Assembly (NCBI GenBank): GCA_964456235.1
Contig: CAYWDX010000002.1
Coordinates: 14,061-78,060, forward strand
Source: an uncultured Candidatus Saccharibacteria bacterium
GTDB taxonomy: Bacteria; Patescibacteriota; Minisyncoccia; UBA6257; 2-01-FULL-56-20
Length of the DNA stretch: 64,000 nt
Direction of reading: 5' to 3'
Within the stretch, counting starts at the first letter, position 1; each line of letters opens with the position of its first letter. The notes below the pieces were generated by a model. That model was not told the DNA's origin. It made no database searches and saw nothing but the letters and a program-made list of their open reading frames with translations. Made by a program: the position numbers and the translations under genes. Below, in pieces: positions 19,597 through 29,410 of this stretch.

Positions 19597-21048
19597 ATGA
19601 ATATGAAGAAACAACAATCAAAAGGCCAAATCGCTGTCGAGCTCTTGTTCCTTTCTGCAATGATCGCTTCACTTATCACGGGATTCGTTTCTCTGGCATC
19701 GTCATTGCTGGAAATTTCAGTACGGGCCCAAAACAAACTTCAGGCGGCGGCGATCGCTGAGGCGGGGATCGAGTACTACCGTTGGCATCTCGCCCATGCG
19801 CCACAAGATTTTACTGATGGCACCGGCGGGGCTGGGCCGTATGTTCACCAGTATTACGATAAAGACGGCGTCCTCGTGGGTGATTTTTCGCTCGACATCA
19901 TTCCGCCGGCAACGGGTTCGAATGTGGTTACCATCACGAGCACGGGTAAAGTTATTGCAGATTCTTCAGTGCAGAAAATTATTCGGGTGCGCATGGCAAA
20001 CCCATCTTTCCTCGATTATTCACTATTATTAGATGGAAATGTTTATTTTGGGCCAGGCACGATAACCTATGGCACGATTTTCGCAAACGGCGGGGTTCAC
20101 TTTGATGGCGTGGCATATGGACCCGTGCAGAGTGCCGTAAGCACGTGGAATGATCCGAACAATGCCAATAAGAATGAGTGGGGTGTTTATACCACGGCAT
20201 CATCTTCGGATCCGCAACCGCCGACCACCCCGCCGCTTCGCGCAGACGTTTTCACTGCCGGCCGCTCTTACCCGGTACCCGCAGTGGATTTTACGCAAAT
20301 CGTGCAAACGCTTTCATCGCTCAAATCGCGCGCGCAGGCGAGTAATACCTATTTTGGTCCGAGCAACGCTTTCGGTTACGAGTTGAATCTTGCTACATCC
20401 GGCATTTATTCGGTGTATAAAGTGACTTCGATCACGGCCCCGCCGAACGGTTGTACGAATACCAGCCATGAAGCGGGCTGGGGAATCTGGAGCGTAGGTA
20501 CAAAAACATTTTTCGCGAGCGGTACGATCCCCCAAGACGGAGGTGTATTTTTTGCGGAAGATGACTTATGGGTGAAGGGGCAAATAACCAATAAGCACAT
20601 TACGATTGCCGCTGGCCGTTTCCCGGTGAATCCTTCAACCTATGCCAACATCATTGTGAATAGCAGCACGCTCTACACGAGCTACAACGGCTCCGACAGC
20701 ATCGCTTACGTCGCACAAAATAATTTTAACGTCGGGCTTTACAGCGAAGACGACCTTCGTATTGATGGTGTTATCGTCGCGCAAAATGGTCGGGTCGGCC
20801 GCTACTACTATTCGCCGCCGAACGCCCAAAACAATTCCAACAAATGTGGCCCAACCGTAACGCGGACGCGGATCACAATGTTCGGCTCGATCATGAGTGG
20901 CGGTCAATATGGTTTTGGCTTTGATGACAGCACGGGCTATCAAGAGCGCAATATTATTTTCGATCCCAACTTGCGTGGGAACCCGCCGCCATATTTCCCC
21001 GTGCTTTCAACGCAGTACGTGCCGATGTCATGGGAAGAGGTACAATAG
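19597..21048 (+). CDS. Large pilin-like protein (483 aa; PilX/GspK-like minor pilin)
   Basis: N-terminal KGQIAVELLFL prepilin-like helix followed by a large globular domain. Confidence 0.55.
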   Translation: MNMKKQQSKGQIAVELLFLSAMIASLITGFVSLASSLLEISVRAQNKLQAAAIAEAGIEYYRWHLAHAPQDFTDGTGGAGPYVHQYYDKDGVLVGDFSLDIIPPATGSNVVTITSTGKVIADSSVQKIIRVRMANPSFLDYSLLLDGNVYFGPGTITYGTIFANGGVHFDGVAYGPVQSAVSTWNDPNNANKNEWGVYTTASSSDPQPPTTPPLRADVFTAGRSYPVPAVDFTQIVQTLSSLKSRAQASNTYFGPSNAFGYELNLATSGIYSVYKVTSITAPPNGCTNTSHEAGWGIWSVGTKTFFASGTIPQDGGVFFAEDDLWVKGQITNKHITIAAGRFPVNPSTYANIIVNSSTLYTSYNGSDSIAYVAQNNFNVGLYSEDDLRIDGVIVAQNGRVGRYYYSPPNAQNNSNKCGPTVTRTRITMFGSIMSGGQYGFGFDDSTGYQERNIIFDPNLRGNPPPYFPVLSTQYVPMSWEEVQ

Positions 21049-21053
21049 AGAGA

Positions 21054-21527
21054 ATGTCTGAGCGCAAAGGATTCACTATCATTGAACTCATTGTCGTGAT
21101 AGCGCTTATCGCTATCCTCGCCGGTGTTTTTATCAATGCGGCCCGACCGGGTGAGCAGCTTGCGAGCGCGCGGAATACGACGCGAAAGAATGAACTTACG
21201 GTAATTCGCAACGCGATCAGTCAAAATATTGCTGATCAGGCGACGGGGCAATTTTCTTGCTCTTCCGGGCCAATTCCATCTTCGACCGCCCTTATGACTA
21301 GCCAGGCAGGCCCCGGAAATTACGATATTGCATCATGCATTATCTTGCCGTCCGGTGGCTACGGCATTTTTACGATGCCCTTCGATCCCGCCACATCGAC
21401 TTCGTATTACAACTCCGTCACAGATTACAATAGCGGCTACGCGATCATGCAAAACGCTTCAGGAACTATCACGATCACAGCCCCCAATGCCGAGCTCGGG
21501 CAAACAATATCAGTTACGCTCCACTAA
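21054..21527 (+). CDS. Type IV pilin (major-pilin-like)
   Basis: KGFTIIELIVVIALIAILAG N-terminal methylation motif. About 155 aa, with a disulfide pair near the C-terminus. Confidence 0.75.
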   Translation: MSERKGFTIIELIVVIALIAILAGVFINAARPGEQLASARNTTRKNELTVIRNAISQNIADQATGQFSCSSGPIPSSTALMTSQAGPGNYDIASCIILPSGGYGIFTMPFDPATSTSYYNSVTDYNSGYAIMQNASGTITITAPNAELGQTISVTLH

Positions 21528-21549
21528 ATCGTTATCGCTCGCTCGCCGG

Positions 21550-22524
21550 CTACTCTGCTGCGGGGAGCAAGACTGGCCCATAGGTCGCAAGAATTGATGA
21601 GCCACTCTTCGCATTCATTTGATAGTAGTAGGGCTGATTAAGTGTGTTATCAACAAGTTGGATCGTGTATGGGCCAACGGTATCAATATCATTTTGTTTG
21701 AAAACAACGGTCCACGGGCCGTCAGCGGAATTCGCGCGATACACTCCAGCCGTTGTTGCCTGCGCCGGAATATTTTGCCAACCAATTTCAATTTTTTGAT
21801 TAATATGTTGCACCCAGAAGCTGCCGGCCGGAGGATACCCGTACCCAGAAAGTTGAATCTCTGGACTGTAGTAGGGGATGCCTTGGGGGCTGGAACTCGC
21901 CGAAGGCGTACTCGTCGGTGTTGAAGTTGGTGTCTGCAGCGTTGAAGTTGGCGTGGAGGTCGGACTTGTGCTTGGTAAAGAGCTTGTCGGCGACGAGCTA
22001 GGGCTTGATGCGGGTGGCGGCGTGGTGGGCGGCGTCGAAGTCACAACAATGGGCGTCGTTGAGGTCGAAACCCAGGTGATTACTTGGCCAATGGTCGTTG
22101 TGCCATTCACGCCTTGCCCTGTGAGATTTCCAACTGCCTGAATGGAGAATGAATATTCGGCGAAAGAAGAGGAGCCGATATTGAATGAGGCCTTTCCTGA
22201 TGCGAGATCGTTTTGAGTGAGAGCAATCTGCTTCCAAAGCAACCAAAGGGAGTCTGGCTTACCTTTTAGACGGCGCAAAATATTCAACGCAACCGTGCCA
22301 TCGGGGAGATTTTGCCATTCGATACGGAACATATTGCCCGTTGTCGATGCTTGGACGAAAAGGCCCACGCTCGGTGGCGGAGGAACGTGCGGCCCCTGCG
22401 CCACGTTCGCGTTGCTTCCTAAATCGTGGGGCGTAACTTGACTCCCGTTGTAGAGCGTCCAGAAAAAAAGTCCGCCCACAACGATAAATGCGCCAAGCAA
22501 AATTGCGATAAATTTTTTACTCAT
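21550..22524 (-). CDS. Membrane-anchored protein with a Ser/Thr/Pro-rich linker (hypothetical)
   Basis: N-terminal TM, PTSTPTSTP repeats, and a 4 nt ATGA overlap with the dnaX stop. Confidence 0.5.
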   Translation of the reverse strand: MSKKFIAILLGAFIVVGGLFFWTLYNGSQVTPHDLGSNANVAQGPHVPPPPSVGLFVQASTTGNMFRIEWQNLPDGTVALNILRRLKGKPDSLWLLWKQIALTQNDLASGKASFNIGSSSFAEYSFSIQAVGNLTGQGVNGTTTIGQVITWVSTSTTPIVVTSTPPTTPPPASSPSSSPTSSLPSTSPTSTPTSTLQTPTSTPTSTPSASSSPQGIPYYSPEIQLSGYGYPPAGSFWVQHINQKIEIGWQNIPAQATTAGVYRANSADGPWTVVFKQNDIDTVGPYTIQLVDNTLNQPYYYQMNAKSGSSILATYGPVLLPAAE

Positions 22525-23624
22525 GAAAGCTGCTCGATGAGCGCGACTTCGAGCGGCACAACCACGAAGGGCGAGTAGCGCATTTCAGCATAGGCGCGGA
22601 TCAGGATGCGAATGAATTTTACGAGGAATACTGCATCTGCCGCGGCGGAAAGTTTTGCGAGACCAGCAACTTCATCTTTCGTAAGTTCTTTTTCAAATAT
22701 GGCACCGAGCGCGGGATTCACTTTTAGCGAAAGGACTTTCCGCAAGTAGTGGATAAGGTCCTTCGTAAACTGCACCAGGTTGTAGCCGTCGTCATTCAGC
22801 GTCGCAATGAATGCGAGACTCGCCTTGGCATCCCTCGCAATAATAAGAGTAGCAAGGTCATGGATTTTCTTGAGGCCGGTTCGCCCGATGGCTCGCTCAG
22901 CCGTTTCGAGATCAATCGCGCCACCGAGCGATGCGATTTGATCAAGGAGGGATTCAGCATCGCGGGCGCTTCCTTCGCCCGCCGCGGCAATAAGCTCCAG
23001 CGCTGCTTCATCAATTTTAATTTTTTCAGCTTTCGCGACGGCTGCCAGTTTTTCCATCATCGCCGCCTTGGTCAGTTTTTTGAAGGTGAAGCGTTGCACG
23101 CGTGAAGTGATCGTGGGCGGGACTTTTTCATATTCCGTCGTCGCGAGAATGATCGCCGCATGCCGCGGAGGTTCCTCCAGCGTTTTTAAAAGTGCATTGA
23201 ATGCAGCACCGGTCAGTTGGTGTGCCTCGTCAATGATATATATTTTGTAGGGCCCGGCGGCGGGGGACGTCGCAATATTTTCCTTCAGATTGCGGATCTC
23301 ATCGATCCCGCGGTTCGAGGCAGCATCAATCTCAATAACATCGAAAGAATTTTGCGCATCGATTTCACGGCACGAGCGGCATTCGTTACAGGGCTCTCCC
23401 AATTTTGCAAATGTGGGGTCGTCGCGGCGCTTTTCACAATTCAGCAACTTGGCGAGGAGGCGAGCGGTCGTCGTTTTTCCGGTACCCCGCGGCCCATGGA
23501 AGAGATACGCCTGGCCAAGGCGCCCAGCCTTCGCTGCATTTTTGAGGATCAAAACATTCGTCTCTTGCCCCAACACCTCATCAAATTTTTTGGGACGATA
23601 CTTTCGGTAAAGTGCCTGCGCCAT
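22521..23624 (-). CDS. dnaX: DNA polymerase III subunit gamma/tau, short form (367 aa)
   Basis: Walker A GPRGTGKTT, a CxxCxxC zinc module, and the SRVQRF sensor motif. No tau C-terminal domains. Confidence 0.9.
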   Translation of the reverse strand: MAQALYRKYRPKKFDEVLGQETNVLILKNAAKAGRLGQAYLFHGPRGTGKTTTARLLAKLLNCEKRRDDPTFAKLGEPCNECRSCREIDAQNSFDVIEIDAASNRGIDEIRNLKENIATSPAAGPYKIYIIDEAHQLTGAAFNALLKTLEEPPRHAAIILATTEYEKVPPTITSRVQRFTFKKLTKAAMMEKLAAVAKAEKIKIDEAALELIAAAGEGSARDAESLLDQIASLGGAIDLETAERAIGRTGLKKIHDLATLIIARDAKASLAFIATLNDDGYNLVQFTKDLIHYLRKVLSLKVNPALGAIFEKELTKDEVAGLAKLSAAADAVFLVKFIRILIRAYAEMRYSPFVVVPLEVALIEQLS

Positions 23625-23697
23625 GTCTCCAAATTATACCGAGCGGGCAGAGAAAAATGAAGCATGATCGTTGATTTCGAGGCCTTTCTCGCGTATC

Positions 23698-24462
23698 ATG
23701 CTAAAGGTGTACGAGCTAAAGACGCAAAACTTTACGGGCCCCCTCGAGAAGTTGTTAGCGCTCATCGAAGCCGAAAAGATGGAGATCGGCGAGGTGAGTA
23801 TGGCGAAGGTTACCGACGATTTTTTTAAATACCTCGAGAATTTTCGCTCCGGTGGCGGTGAGGGTGAAGAAAAATTCCGTGTCGACCTGCGGGTCTTGGC
23901 AGATTTTATTTCGGTTGCGAGCAAGCTCATCTTTTTGAAGTCGAAGTATATCCTGCCAGGCCTCGCTCTCACGGCTGACGAAGAGGCCGATATCAAAGAG
24001 CTCGAAATTCGCTTGCGCCATTACCAGGCGTTGAAGCCGGCGCTCGCGGCGCTCAACAAATTATGGCGGGCGAACCATCGGTCATACAGTCGGCCCTATT
24101 TTTTGGATCGCGCCATGGGTGCCCAGGCCGGCCAATCATTATTTTATCCTGGACCACATCTTACGATCGAAGGCCTTACCGCCGCCCTCGCCAAAATTTT
24201 TGACACGGTGACGGCTTATTCTTTCGAGACGGAAACGATTAAAGAAAAAATCATAACGCTCGAGGAAAAAATTTCCGAAGTGATCGGGCGCATCCAAAAC
24301 GAAGGTGATCTGCATTTCCGCCACCTGTCGGGTGAAAAATCGAGGGGCGAAATGATCGTATTGTTTCTTGCAATCCTTCACCTTGCGCGCGAGCAGCTCA
24401 TCATTTTGGAACAGGTGGATAATTTTTCTGATATAATGGTCAAGCAAAACGCCGCCGCTTAA
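23698..24462 (+). CDS. scpA: Segregation and condensation protein A
   Basis: YELKTQNFTGPLEKLLALI N-terminal ScpA signature. The ORF may start at 23671. Confidence 0.8.
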   Translation: MLKVYELKTQNFTGPLEKLLALIEAEKMEIGEVSMAKVTDDFFKYLENFRSGGGEGEEKFRVDLRVLADFISVASKLIFLKSKYILPGLALTADEEADIKELEIRLRHYQALKPALAALNKLWRANHRSYSRPYFLDRAMGAQAGQSLFYPGPHLTIEGLTAALAKIFDTVTAYSFETETIKEKIITLEEKISEVIGRIQNEGDLHFRHLSGEKSRGEMIVLFLAILHLAREQLIILEQVDNFSDIMVKQNAAA

Positions 24463-24482
24463 TGATTTTTTAATTAAAATCT

Positions 24483-25070
24483 ATGGAAAATTTGGAAAAA
24501 AAGTTGGCGTCGCTTGAGGCATTGCTTTTTGTCCACGGCGAGCCAGTTTCTTATAAAAAGATTGAAGCGGCATTGGGGTTCGAGCAAGGGGAAGGCGAAA
24601 CGACGGCGATCGAATTGGGAAGACGCCTGGCGGAGGACTCGGCGCGGGGCGTTGCCCTGATTATCGATAAAGAAAAAGTGCAGTTGGCAACCAAACCGGT
24701 GTTCAGCAAGATTCTTGAAGATTTTGTTAAGGAGGAGGTGAGTGAGGAGCTCACGCCCGCGAGCCTCGAGGCGCTCGCCATCGTCGCGTACCTCGGACCG
24801 ATTTCGCGCGCGAAGCTTGAATATTTGCGCGGCGTTAATTCAATAGTTATTTTGCGGAGCTTGATGATCCGCGGCTTAATCGAACGTTTTCCGGATCCTG
24901 AACACCCCTCCGGCTTCCTCTACCGGCCGACCTTCGACCTCATGAAACACCTCGGCGTTTCGGCTGAAAAAGATCTGCCCGACTTCTCGAAATTCCGCGA
25001 TCTCCTGAAAGTTTTTGAGCACGAGAATCAGCCATCAAGCGTTGCCCCATCGGCCAACCCTCATGGATAA
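24483..25070 (+). CDS. scpB: Segregation and condensation protein B
   Basis: Tandem winged-helix ScpB pattern (LEALLFVHGEPVS...LEALAIVAYLGPISRAKLEYLRGV). Confidence 0.8.
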   Translation: MENLEKKLASLEALLFVHGEPVSYKKIEAALGFEQGEGETTAIELGRRLAEDSARGVALIIDKEKVQLATKPVFSKILEDFVKEEVSEELTPASLEALAIVAYLGPISRAKLEYLRGVNSIVILRSLMIRGLIERFPDPEHPSGFLYRPTFDLMKHLGVSAEKDLPDFSKFRDLLKVFEHENQPSSVAPSANPHG

Positions 25071-26034
25071 TCACGCCGGAAAATTTATTTTTCTTGGCGC
25101 CGTGATCATCGGCGTCTTTGTTTTGCATTTATTCTCTGGATTGCCTGCCAATTCTGCCGCAGAACAATCGGCCCCCAACGCCGGTGGCGCCATTATCGAA
25201 ACGCCGCGGTTCGTTTTCCCTCCAACCGCCGTTTCAGCTGACACTTCGGCAGCATCAGGCGCACCGAGTTCAATGTCGGTGCCCGCAAATACCAACGCGA
25301 CAACGATGCCGACCGTGCACGCGGTTGCTTGGCTTATCGCCGACGCACGCGATGGCAAACTCATCGCCTCATCAGAAATGAATCGCCGCTGGCCAACCGC
25401 ATCGCTCGCGAAGCTAATGTCGGCCACTATTTTACTTGATAAAATTCCGCTCGACGCGCAGATAACGGTGACGCCGGAGGTATTCGCAACAGATCCCAAT
25501 GAATTCAATCTCGCTATTCATGGGAAATATGTCGCCCTCGACCTGTTGCGGGCAATGCTCTTGCCCTCGTCGAACGTTGCAGCGGAAGCAATTGCCAATT
25601 ACTACGGGCGCGACGCATTTATCACCGAAATGAATGTGCGGGCGGCAGCATGGGGAATGACAAACACTCATTATGATGACCCGTCCGGCATTTCCGCGGG
25701 GGATGAATCAACGCCCGCCGACTTGGCGGCATTGGCGACGGAGATATATGCGCATTATCCGCAGATCCTCTCAATTTCTCGCTCGCAACAGTTTGTGATT
25801 ATGGACCACGCGACCGGAAAAACATCAACGCTAAAGAGTATCAACACATTTGCGGGGCAAGCGGATTTTGTCGGTGGAAAAACCGGGCATACCGAAGAAG
25901 CGGACGGCAATCTGCTCTCTCTTTTTACCTATGCCAACCATCCGGTCGTGATCATTGTCTTGGGGAGTGGCGCCCGTTTCGAAGATACGGCGGCGCTTTA
26001 TAATTGGTATAAGACTGCCCTAGCCACCCTTTAA
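25063..26034 (+). CDS. D-alanyl-D-alanine carboxypeptidase (serine-type, PBP5/6-like)
   Basis: SxxK (SLAK), SxN (SSN) and KTG (KTGHT) motifs with an N-terminal TM anchor. The ORF could start upstream at 25015. Confidence 0.8.
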   Translation: MDNHAGKFIFLGAVIIGVFVLHLFSGLPANSAAEQSAPNAGGAIIETPRFVFPPTAVSADTSAASGAPSSMSVPANTNATTMPTVHAVAWLIADARDGKLIASSEMNRRWPTASLAKLMSATILLDKIPLDAQITVTPEVFATDPNEFNLAIHGKYVALDLLRAMLLPSSNVAAEAIANYYGRDAFITEMNVRAAAWGMTNTHYDDPSGISAGDESTPADLAALATEIYAHYPQILSISRSQQFVIMDHATGKTSTLKSINTFAGQADFVGGKTGHTEEADGNLLSLFTYANHPVVIIVLGSGARFEDTAALYNWYKTALATL

Positions 26035-26041
26035 CCATTCA

Positions 26042-27094
26042 ATGATCCTCGAGCAAACCGTACGCGTCATAGTACTTACCACCATCGCATTTTTTGTGGC
26101 CCTGTTGGTGACGCCATTCTGGTATCGATTCTTAAAGAAACAGCATTTTGACAAGCAGCTCCGAGAAGAAGCCGCAGCTCCGGTTTTTTTTGAGCTGCAC
26201 AAAAAGAAAGTAGGAACACCGACGGGTGGAGGCGTGATCATTTGGTTCACGGCGATCGCCCTCGCGGTCGCGTTCGGCATCATGAACAAAATTTTCGATG
26301 GCAATGTTTGGGGCTATCTCAATTTTATTAATCGCAGCGAAACATATCTGCCGCTCGCCGCACTATTGCTCGCCGCCGTCGTTGGTCTGGTCGATGACTG
26401 GCTTGGTGTCCTGAAGCTGGGCGGCGCGCCCGGCGGGGGACTCAAGGTCCGCCAAAAATCAATAATCTACCTCGCGATCGCAATCCTCGGGGCCTGGTGG
26501 TTCTATTACCGCCTCGGGTGGGACACCATCAACATCCCATTTTTTGGCAGTTACGAAATCGGCTGGTGGTACATCCCCATTTTTATTTTCATAATTTTCG
26601 CAAGCGCATTTTCGGCGAACGAAACCGATGGGCTGGATGGCCTCCTCGGCGGCTCATCACTCTTCGCATTTTTTGCGCTCACCACCGTCGCATTTGTCTT
26701 GCATCGATTCGATCTCGCCGCCTTCGGCGGCGTCATGATCGGCGCCCTGCTCGCATTCTTATGGAACAATATTTACCCGGCGCAATTTTTCATGGGCGAC
26801 ACTGGTTCAATGTCGCTCGGGATCACGATCGGCATCATCGCCATGCTCACGAATACCGCATTGCTCCTGCCATTTTTTGCCTTTATATTAGTAGTGGAAT
26901 CGCTTTCGGTCATCATCCAAATAATCTCCAAAAAATTACGGCACGGCAAAAAAGTGTTTCGCTCGTCGCCGATCCATCACCACTTCGAAGCGCTCGGCTG
27001 GCCGGAGTCGCAGGTCACGATGCGCTTCTGGATTATCTCAGCACTTTTCTGCGCGCTCGGGCTCGTGATCTTTTTCCTGTCGGTCGCGTTCTAG
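26042..27094 (+). CDS. mraY: Phospho-N-acetylmuramoyl-pentapeptide transferase
   Basis: Ten-TM protein with conserved MraY blocks (NETDGLDGL, PAQFFMGDTGSM, SSPIHHHFE). Confidence 0.9.
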   Translation: MILEQTVRVIVLTTIAFFVALLVTPFWYRFLKKQHFDKQLREEAAAPVFFELHKKKVGTPTGGGVIIWFTAIALAVAFGIMNKIFDGNVWGYLNFINRSETYLPLAALLLAAVVGLVDDWLGVLKLGGAPGGGLKVRQKSIIYLAIAILGAWWFYYRLGWDTINIPFFGSYEIGWWYIPIFIFIIFASAFSANETDGLDGLLGGSSLFAFFALTTVAFVLHRFDLAAFGGVMIGALLAFLWNNIYPAQFFMGDTGSMSLGITIGIIAMLTNTALLLPFFAFILVVESLSVIIQIISKKLRHGKKVFRSSPIHHHFEALGWPESQVTMRFWIISALFCALGLVIFFLSVAF

Positions 27095-27153
27095 GCGAAC
27101 AATTATAGGCGCGCCCGTTGTTTTTCATATTCTCGTAAGAATATTTAGGAATA

Positions 27154-27181
27154 TTGACGATGCAGCGAAAGCTGCTATACT
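27154..27181 (+). promoter_or_regulatory. Sigma-70-like promoter for rpsB-tsf
   Basis: TTGACG, 16 nt spacer, then TATACT. It lies 24 nt upstream of the MTYPAE start codon. Confidence 0.4.
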
Positions 27182-27204
27182 GTGTCGGTATGCCAGATGA
27201 ACTG

Positions 27205-27942
27205 ATGACGTATCCCGCCGAAGCTTCCCGCGAAATGATAGACGCGGGGGTTTTTTATGGACGGAAAAAGAGCAAAACGAATCCAAAAATGCGCGCGTTC
27301 ATTTTGATGAATCGCGCCGGGATTGAAATTATCAACCTTGAAAAATCGGCTCGGGCGATTGAAGAAGCGGCGGCCTTCATTAAAGAAAAGATCCGCCAGA
27401 ACGGCCTCGCGCTCTTGGTCGGCACGAGTCCCGCGTCGGAGCCCGCAATCATGCGCCTGGCGCAAGAATTCAACCTTCCCTACGTGACCAATCGATGGAT
27501 CGGCGGAACGATCACGAATTACAGCATCATCGCAAAGCGCGTCGCACACTTGAAAAAGTTGCGCACGGATTTTGCATCGGGTGCACTGGAGAAATATACA
27601 AAAAAGGAACGCCTGGAAATGGAGCGTGAAATGCACCGCTTAGAAGAACTGATGGGTGGACTCGAAAATTTGACCCGCGAGCCGGACCTCCTCATTATGG
27701 CGGATCCCGGCATCCATAAGACGGCGGTCAATGAAGCCCGCCGCCGCAAAATTCCCGTGGTTGCACTGGCCAACGTTGACGCGAATCCAGATGAGATCGA
27801 CTATCTCATTCCCGGGAACGACAAGGCAAAGAAAAGCATTGACTGGTTTTTCGAAAAAGTGGAGGGGGCGATCCGACAGGGAATAAGCATGCGGGCTGCT
27901 CCGGCTCCAGCAGAGCAAACGCCGAGCGAACCAGTAAAGTAA
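27205..27942 (+). CDS. rpsB: 30S ribosomal protein S2
   Basis: Aligns to the S2 N-terminus (AGVFYGRKKSKTNPKM vs AGVHFGHQTRYWNPKM). The start was chosen at MTYPAE; the alternative is 27190. Confidence 0.9.
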   Translation: MTYPAEASREMIDAGVFYGRKKSKTNPKMRAFILMNRAGIEIINLEKSARAIEEAAAFIKEKIRQNGLALLVGTSPASEPAIMRLAQEFNLPYVTNRWIGGTITNYSIIAKRVAHLKKLRTDFASGALEKYTKKERLEMEREMHRLEELMGGLENLTREPDLLIMADPGIHKTAVNEARRRKIPVVALANVDANPDEIDYLIPGNDKAKKSIDWFFEKVEGAIRQGISMRAAPAPAEQTPSEPVK

Positions 27943-27966
27943 AATTAAAAAATTATTAAACGAAAC

Positions 27967-28437
27967 TTGACAACAATGAAAAATAAAAAAGAAGCGACGG
28001 CGGAATCAGTGCAAGCGCTGCGCGAGATGACCGGCGCGGGCGTGATGGACTGCCGGAAAGCACTCATGGACGCTCAAGGCGACATGGAGGCGGCAAAAAA
28101 ATTGATCCAGGAGAAAGGGCTTTCGAAAGTCGAGAAGCGTGCGGGGCGCGAAACAGGCGCTGGCTTGGTGCATGCTTACACGCACAACGGCCGCATCGGC
28201 GTGCTCGTGGAGCTCCGGGCCGAGACGGATTTTGTGGTCCGTTCCGAACCGTTCCAGGCACTCGCGCATGAATTAGCGATGCAGATTGCGGCAACAAAGC
28301 CCGCAGATGTGGAAGCGCTTCTTGCCCAACCCTTCATTAAAGATGAATCGCACACGGTCAAAGACCTCGTGAATAATGTTATCGCGAAAGTCGGGGAAAA
28401 TATTTTAGTTCGGCAATTTTCGCGGATTGAAGTCTAG
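27967..28437 (+). CDS. tsf: Elongation factor Ts (short form)
   Basis: N-terminal UBA-like LREMTGAGVMDCRKAL and a core dimerisation segment. Follows rpsB. Confidence 0.85.
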   Translation: MTTMKNKKEATAESVQALREMTGAGVMDCRKALMDAQGDMEAAKKLIQEKGLSKVEKRAGRETGAGLVHAYTHNGRIGVLVELRAETDFVVRSEPFQALAHELAMQIAATKPADVEALLAQPFIKDESHTVKDLVNNVIAKVGENILVRQFSRIEV

Positions 28438-28465
28438 TGGAATAGAGGTATAATAGAGTTGCCTT

Positions 28466-28810
28466 ATGGTGCTATTTATTTTCATGAGCCTGCTCATGGT
28501 ATCGCTTTCGGCGATGCTCTATCTTTTTGTGCGTGCATTGCCTCGGGTGGGAGAGGAACCAGCGGCAGCTTACGTCGGCGGCATTGCCCACGCATGGCGA
28601 CGCTCGGAGATTCCTGAAAAAATCGACGCGTTCGTAAATGACTTTCTTCTCAAATCTCTGAGGAAACTGAAGGTGGTGATTTTAAAGCTCGACAACAACT
28701 TGAGCCGTCATCTGCAGCGCATCAAACCAAAGACCGATATGAGACAGAGCAGTATTGATTTTAAGGAAATCGCAGAGCAGAATAAGGAAGGCGAGCGGAC
28801 CAGTCTTTAA
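28466..28810 (+). CDS. Hypothetical small membrane protein
   Basis: N-terminal TM helix. No recognisable motifs. Confidence 0.35.
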   Translation: MVLFIFMSLLMVSLSAMLYLFVRALPRVGEEPAAAYVGGIAHAWRRSEIPEKIDAFVNDFLLKSLRKLKVVILKLDNNLSRHLQRIKPKTDMRQSSIDFKEIAEQNKEGERTSL

Positions 28811-28866
28811 GGAGTCGCCAGGAAAGGCTCTTTGGATGCCGGCGATCTCGCAAAAATTTTGTAAAT

Positions 28867-28951
28867 GCGCAGGTGGCGGAGCGGCCAATCGCAACGCGCT
28901 GTAAACGCGTCGCCCTTTCGGGCTACGGGGGTTCGAATCCCTCCCTGCGCA
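28867..28951 (+). tRNA. tRNA-Tyr (anticodon GUA) with a long variable arm
   Basis: Acceptor GCGCAGG/CCUGCGC, anticodon stem ACGCG/CGCGU with loop CUGUAAA, a 16-nt variable arm, T-arm GGGGG-UUCGAAU-CCCUC, discriminator A. Confidence 0.85.
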
Positions 28952-28957
28952 CAAAAA

Positions 28958-29395
28958 CTAGACGAAGGAATTCTTGAGATAAATTTTGTTACCCAAAAAG
29001 GTGACCAAAAAGCCGTTAATGAGTGCTCTTAGGTGTGAGTGTTTGACGGGATCCGACCCGCAGTAATGGACTAAGTTATGAATGTTTCTCTCGGCTAATC
29101 TTTGAACTAAGGCTGGCACATCTTTTTCGTTACCAATCACATCGACATCGTGTTCTGTATAGCCTCTCTCGATAAGGCCACCGACAATCGTGAGATGTAA
29201 TCCTGACATACAGGGCCGAACCTCCTCAGCGGTGATTCGATCCCATTTTTTCCGCAAGAAATGAGTAAGTCCGTGCCCGAACACCTTTGACCCAAATCTA
29301 CAGACTTTACAAGAGGAAGTGTGATAACAGTGCGGTATCATTCCTTCATTAAAGCATGAAAAAATATAAGCGGCTCCGCTGAAAGAGGCACACAA
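28958..29395 (-). CDS. Hypothetical Cys/His-rich protein
   Basis: CYHTSSCKVC and further His/Cys residues. The start is uncertain. Immediately follows tRNA-Tyr. Confidence 0.35.
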   Translation of the reverse strand: MCASFSGAAYIFSCFNEGMIPHCYHTSSCKVCRFGSKVFGHGLTHFLRKKWDRITAEEVRPCMSGLHLTIVGGLIERGYTEHDVDVIGNEKDVPALVQRLAERNIHNLVHYCGSDPVKHSHLRALINGFLVTFLGNKIYLKNSFV

Positions 29396-29410
29396 GGGCT
29401 TTCTCAGTGC

